Shown: piece by piece, positions 61,716 to 64,000 of the stretch
Layout: the number at the start of each line of letters is the position of its first letter
Numbering within the stretch: the first letter of the stretch is position 1
NCBI GenBank assembly: GCA_032718475.1
Contig: JAUCBJ010005732.1
Coordinates: forward strand, 1 to 64,000
Length of the DNA: 64,000 nt
Direction: 5' to 3'
Origin: Nemertoderma westbladi
Taxonomy: Eukaryota; Animalia; Xenacoelomorpha
The notes under the pieces: generated by a model
What the model was told of the DNA's origin: nothing
The model's database searches: none
The model's input: the letters and a program-made list of their open reading frames with translations, nothing else
Made by a program: the position numbers and the translations under genes

Positions 61716-62800
61716 TTATTGTACGTGATCAACCCACCGATGTGCCGCAAAACCAACAAATTTAACCAAATATTGCTTTTTGCCGCTTTTATTTACTTTT
61801 TCTTTAATTATTTTTTCAATTGGTAGGAATTGAAATGGTTCTATTACCTTTTGGATTTCATGTCGATAAAATGTCCCCTTTATAACGCGCCCATTCGAGT
61901 CCGCAACTTCGTACATAGGGTACGGCTCTCGATCCAATCTTATTCTGTTCTCTACTGTATTTCTACTGTATAATTAGGTGTATAACCTTTGTCAAATGGC
62001 TTTCTAGCTAAACTCAGCCGCACCTTATCGCCAACCTTGAAATGAACTCGACGCTGCGCACGGCGTTTTCTTTTATTGGGATGACCCACACTCCCATATA
62101 GTTTTAAAAATAGGTCAGTTTCATTCTTTTTATTGACAGAGTTTGGCGCCATACCAATGGTTCTATGTATTGAATTATTATATGCAACCAATATTTTTGG
62201 CAATATACCCATCCATTCTCTATTCTGTCTCCTCGTGAAAATTCTGTACATGCGAGATTTGAGGGTGCGATTCAGCCTTTCACAGATACTAGCTTTAAAT
62301 TGGCTAACTAAAGTATAAAAATGAACATTATTGTTCTGTAAGAAATCTTTCACTAATTTATTAACAAACTCAGTTCCTTGATCAATCGCTAGCCGTTTAG
62401 GTTTCCTATCTTCAAATATCGTGGCTAGGGCCCTTTTAATTTTGACCCCTGTTTTACGTTTTAGACCCAACGCCCACGCCTTCCGACTAAAACAGTCAAT
62501 ACAAGTAAGTATGTAACCGTAGCCATTATTCTCACCCCTAAAAGGTTGCATATCACACAAATCCGCTTGGTATAGATCGCCAATACCGCCCGTGAAGATT
62601 TTTGATGTCGGGTAATGGCGCCTAGCCGGCGCGTGAAGGGAATACGTTCGTTGGGAGCTCAACCATTCCTTCGCGCGATTTCTCGTAACTTTAGCGGCTT
62701 TCGCTAGTTTGGTTACGCTCGCAAAACCGGCAGCATTTGAAACATCGTAATATATTCTTCCCAGTCGTTTGTTTGTTCGATTTTCTACGATTCTCCCCAT
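61716..62800 (-). pseudogene. Retroviral-like (rve) integrase with a C-terminal chromodomain, frameshifted at about 61960
   Basis: YQADLCDM, IDCFSR, IDQGTEF, CERLNRTLK (DDE intact), F.VGD.VR...F.KGY; the second frame has IEKII...YLVKFVGF...WV. Confidence 0.93.
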
Positions 62801-63000
62801 CGGTTGTGTCGTGTCGTGGAAGAAAACACTTGCAATGACAGTTAATACTTAATATGAAACGTTCAAAAACATACTACTACTATTTTAATGTTATCCCGCG
62901 CTTTGTTTCCACACGTCGATTATTGTAGTCCTACGTATTGTTTCCACACGTCGACGCGTTTTGTGTTGGAAGGGGTCACACGGACCCTTTGCCGTTTCAA

Positions 63001-63381
63001 TCAACCACGACCAATTAATCGTTTTGGTATCCTTAATCGTTTTAATAACCCCAAAAATGTTGCTTGTCCTGGAATTATTTCGGTGTTTTTCTTATTTTTT
63101 TTTGTAGTCAGCAATTCAATCAAATGATCAATATTTGCTCCGGGTATAAGTTTATTTTCTATATAGAGTTTATTATTATCACTCCACCGTACTCTGTCTC
63201 GCGAGAATCGCATCAAATAACTCAACAATCGTTTGGCTTTCTGGGATGAAATTGTCACACCATCTAGCGGTTGTATTATATTATTGCTTTTCTTATTATT
63301 ATTATTATAAGTATCCGTTAATAAAGTAGAAACTAGATACAACTTCTTAAAATTTCCGAGGCTAATTTCGTTATTTTTCAT
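63001..63381 (-). CDS. Conserved Polinton hypothetical protein between the ATPase and integrase
   Basis: Pattern KAKRLL...VRW......IPGANIDHL......PG...FL..L....IP..LI, which I recall from Polintons at this position. Confidence 0.65.
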   Translation of the reverse strand: MKNNEISLGNFKKLYLVSTLLTDTYNNNNKKSNNIIQPLDGVTISSQKAKRLLSYLMRFSRDRVRWSDNNKLYIENKLIPGANIDHLIELLTTKKNKKNTEIIPGQATFLGLLKRLRIPKRLIGRG

Positions 63382-63502
63382 CGTTATATATCATTATTAA
63401 TATATTAATACTATATACTAGAGTTCACGTTCATGGACCGATAATAACCTAATTTTGGTGAAAGTCTAAACAAGGTGTGAAAATGGTTTTAGCGCTGCGT
63501 CG

Positions 63503-64000
63503 CTACTGTGGTATAGACTGAACCTCGGGGCGTTGGTGAGGTGTGTTAGAGTTCATATTCGCGGGTTGATAAACAGTTTGCCCTAATGGGTTGAAAATAT
63601 CACCCCTAACTCTTATACTATCATCCGTTTTTTGATGAAAGTCTAAGAGAAGGTGTGTGAATGGTTTTTGTGTTGCGTCACTATATGCTTGAACAATAAA
63701 ATTGCTATTTTTTGGGTACACTTGCCGCGCTATATAGCTTATTTGACTTGCGTCGCGGGGATTTTTTGTGAAAATACAATATTGGGCATTTAGACTTCTA
63801 GTCCGTGTTTTCGGCCCTTTACTGAAGAAATTTTGTGTTATATAGATAATGAAACAGGAAGTATGATGGCAGGTTTTTGTGAAGCTTTCTGTCAAACTTT
63901 CATCACTCTTACTTTCCCTTAACAAGTCGTCTATAATAATTAGATCGTTTTCGCAGAAAATAGAATTAATTTTTTGCGGTAAACCTTTGAATAGATGTGT
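63503..64000 (-). CDS. A32/FtsK-like packaging ATPase, 5' part outside the window
   Basis: Walker B LIIIDDL, FTK..HH...IYITQN.F, R..SLNAQY...KNPRD..QI..IARQ.YP, AY.DAT..PF.HL.LD. Confidence 0.93.
   Translation of the reverse strand, partial: THLFKGLPQKINSIFCENDLIIIDDLLRESKSDESLTESFTKTCHHTSCFIIYITQNFFSKGPKTRTRSLNAQYCIFTKNPRDASQISYIARQVYPKNSNFIVQAYSDATQKPFTHLLLDFHQKTDDSIRVRGDIFNPLGQTVYQPANMNSNTPHQRPEVQSIPQ

Larger units (their letters stand above)
55490..64000 (-). mobile_element. Polinton/Maverick (adintovirus-like) endogenous element, partial
   Basis: Co-oriented intronless cluster of ATPase, integrase, pentons, core-like protein, major capsid protein and adenain-like protease; repeat-rich left end. 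Confidence 0.93.

Noticed and set aside
61940-61970. Programmed frameshift separating the integrase core from the chromodomain
   Set aside because: No slippery heptamer; a small deletion in YTVEI(F)TVE explains it.

Overview
AT-rich eukaryotic (probably marine invertebrate) genomic DNA, mostly nested mobile elements. From left to right: (1) an intact Ty3/Gypsy (Mag-like) LTR retrotransposon; (2) decayed LINE and hAT fragments around an intronless ORF with a PRDM9-type ancestral KRAB domain but no SET or zinc fingers; (3) nested TIR elements; (4) a PIF1/Helitron helicase fragment split by a CR1-type LINE, which is itself split by a hAT element; (5) a near-complete Penelope-like retroelement with pLTRs, a target-site duplication (TSD), a hammerhead-like motif and a predicted intron holding a minisatellite; (6) a frameshifted TEX36-like gene with RFX X-box-like sites; (7) a disrupted fibrinogen-domain gene whose exon-2/5' splice-site junction is amplified about 124 times as a 35-bp array; (8) a second donor-like 31-bp array; (9) a BEL/Pao-like Gag-protease element with no RT and a hydrophobic tail; (10) the morphogenetic module of a Polinton/Maverick (adintovirus-like) endogenous virus running off the right edge, with two tandem ATGA-coupled penton paralogues. 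All protein assignments come from motif recognition by eye; no searches were run.
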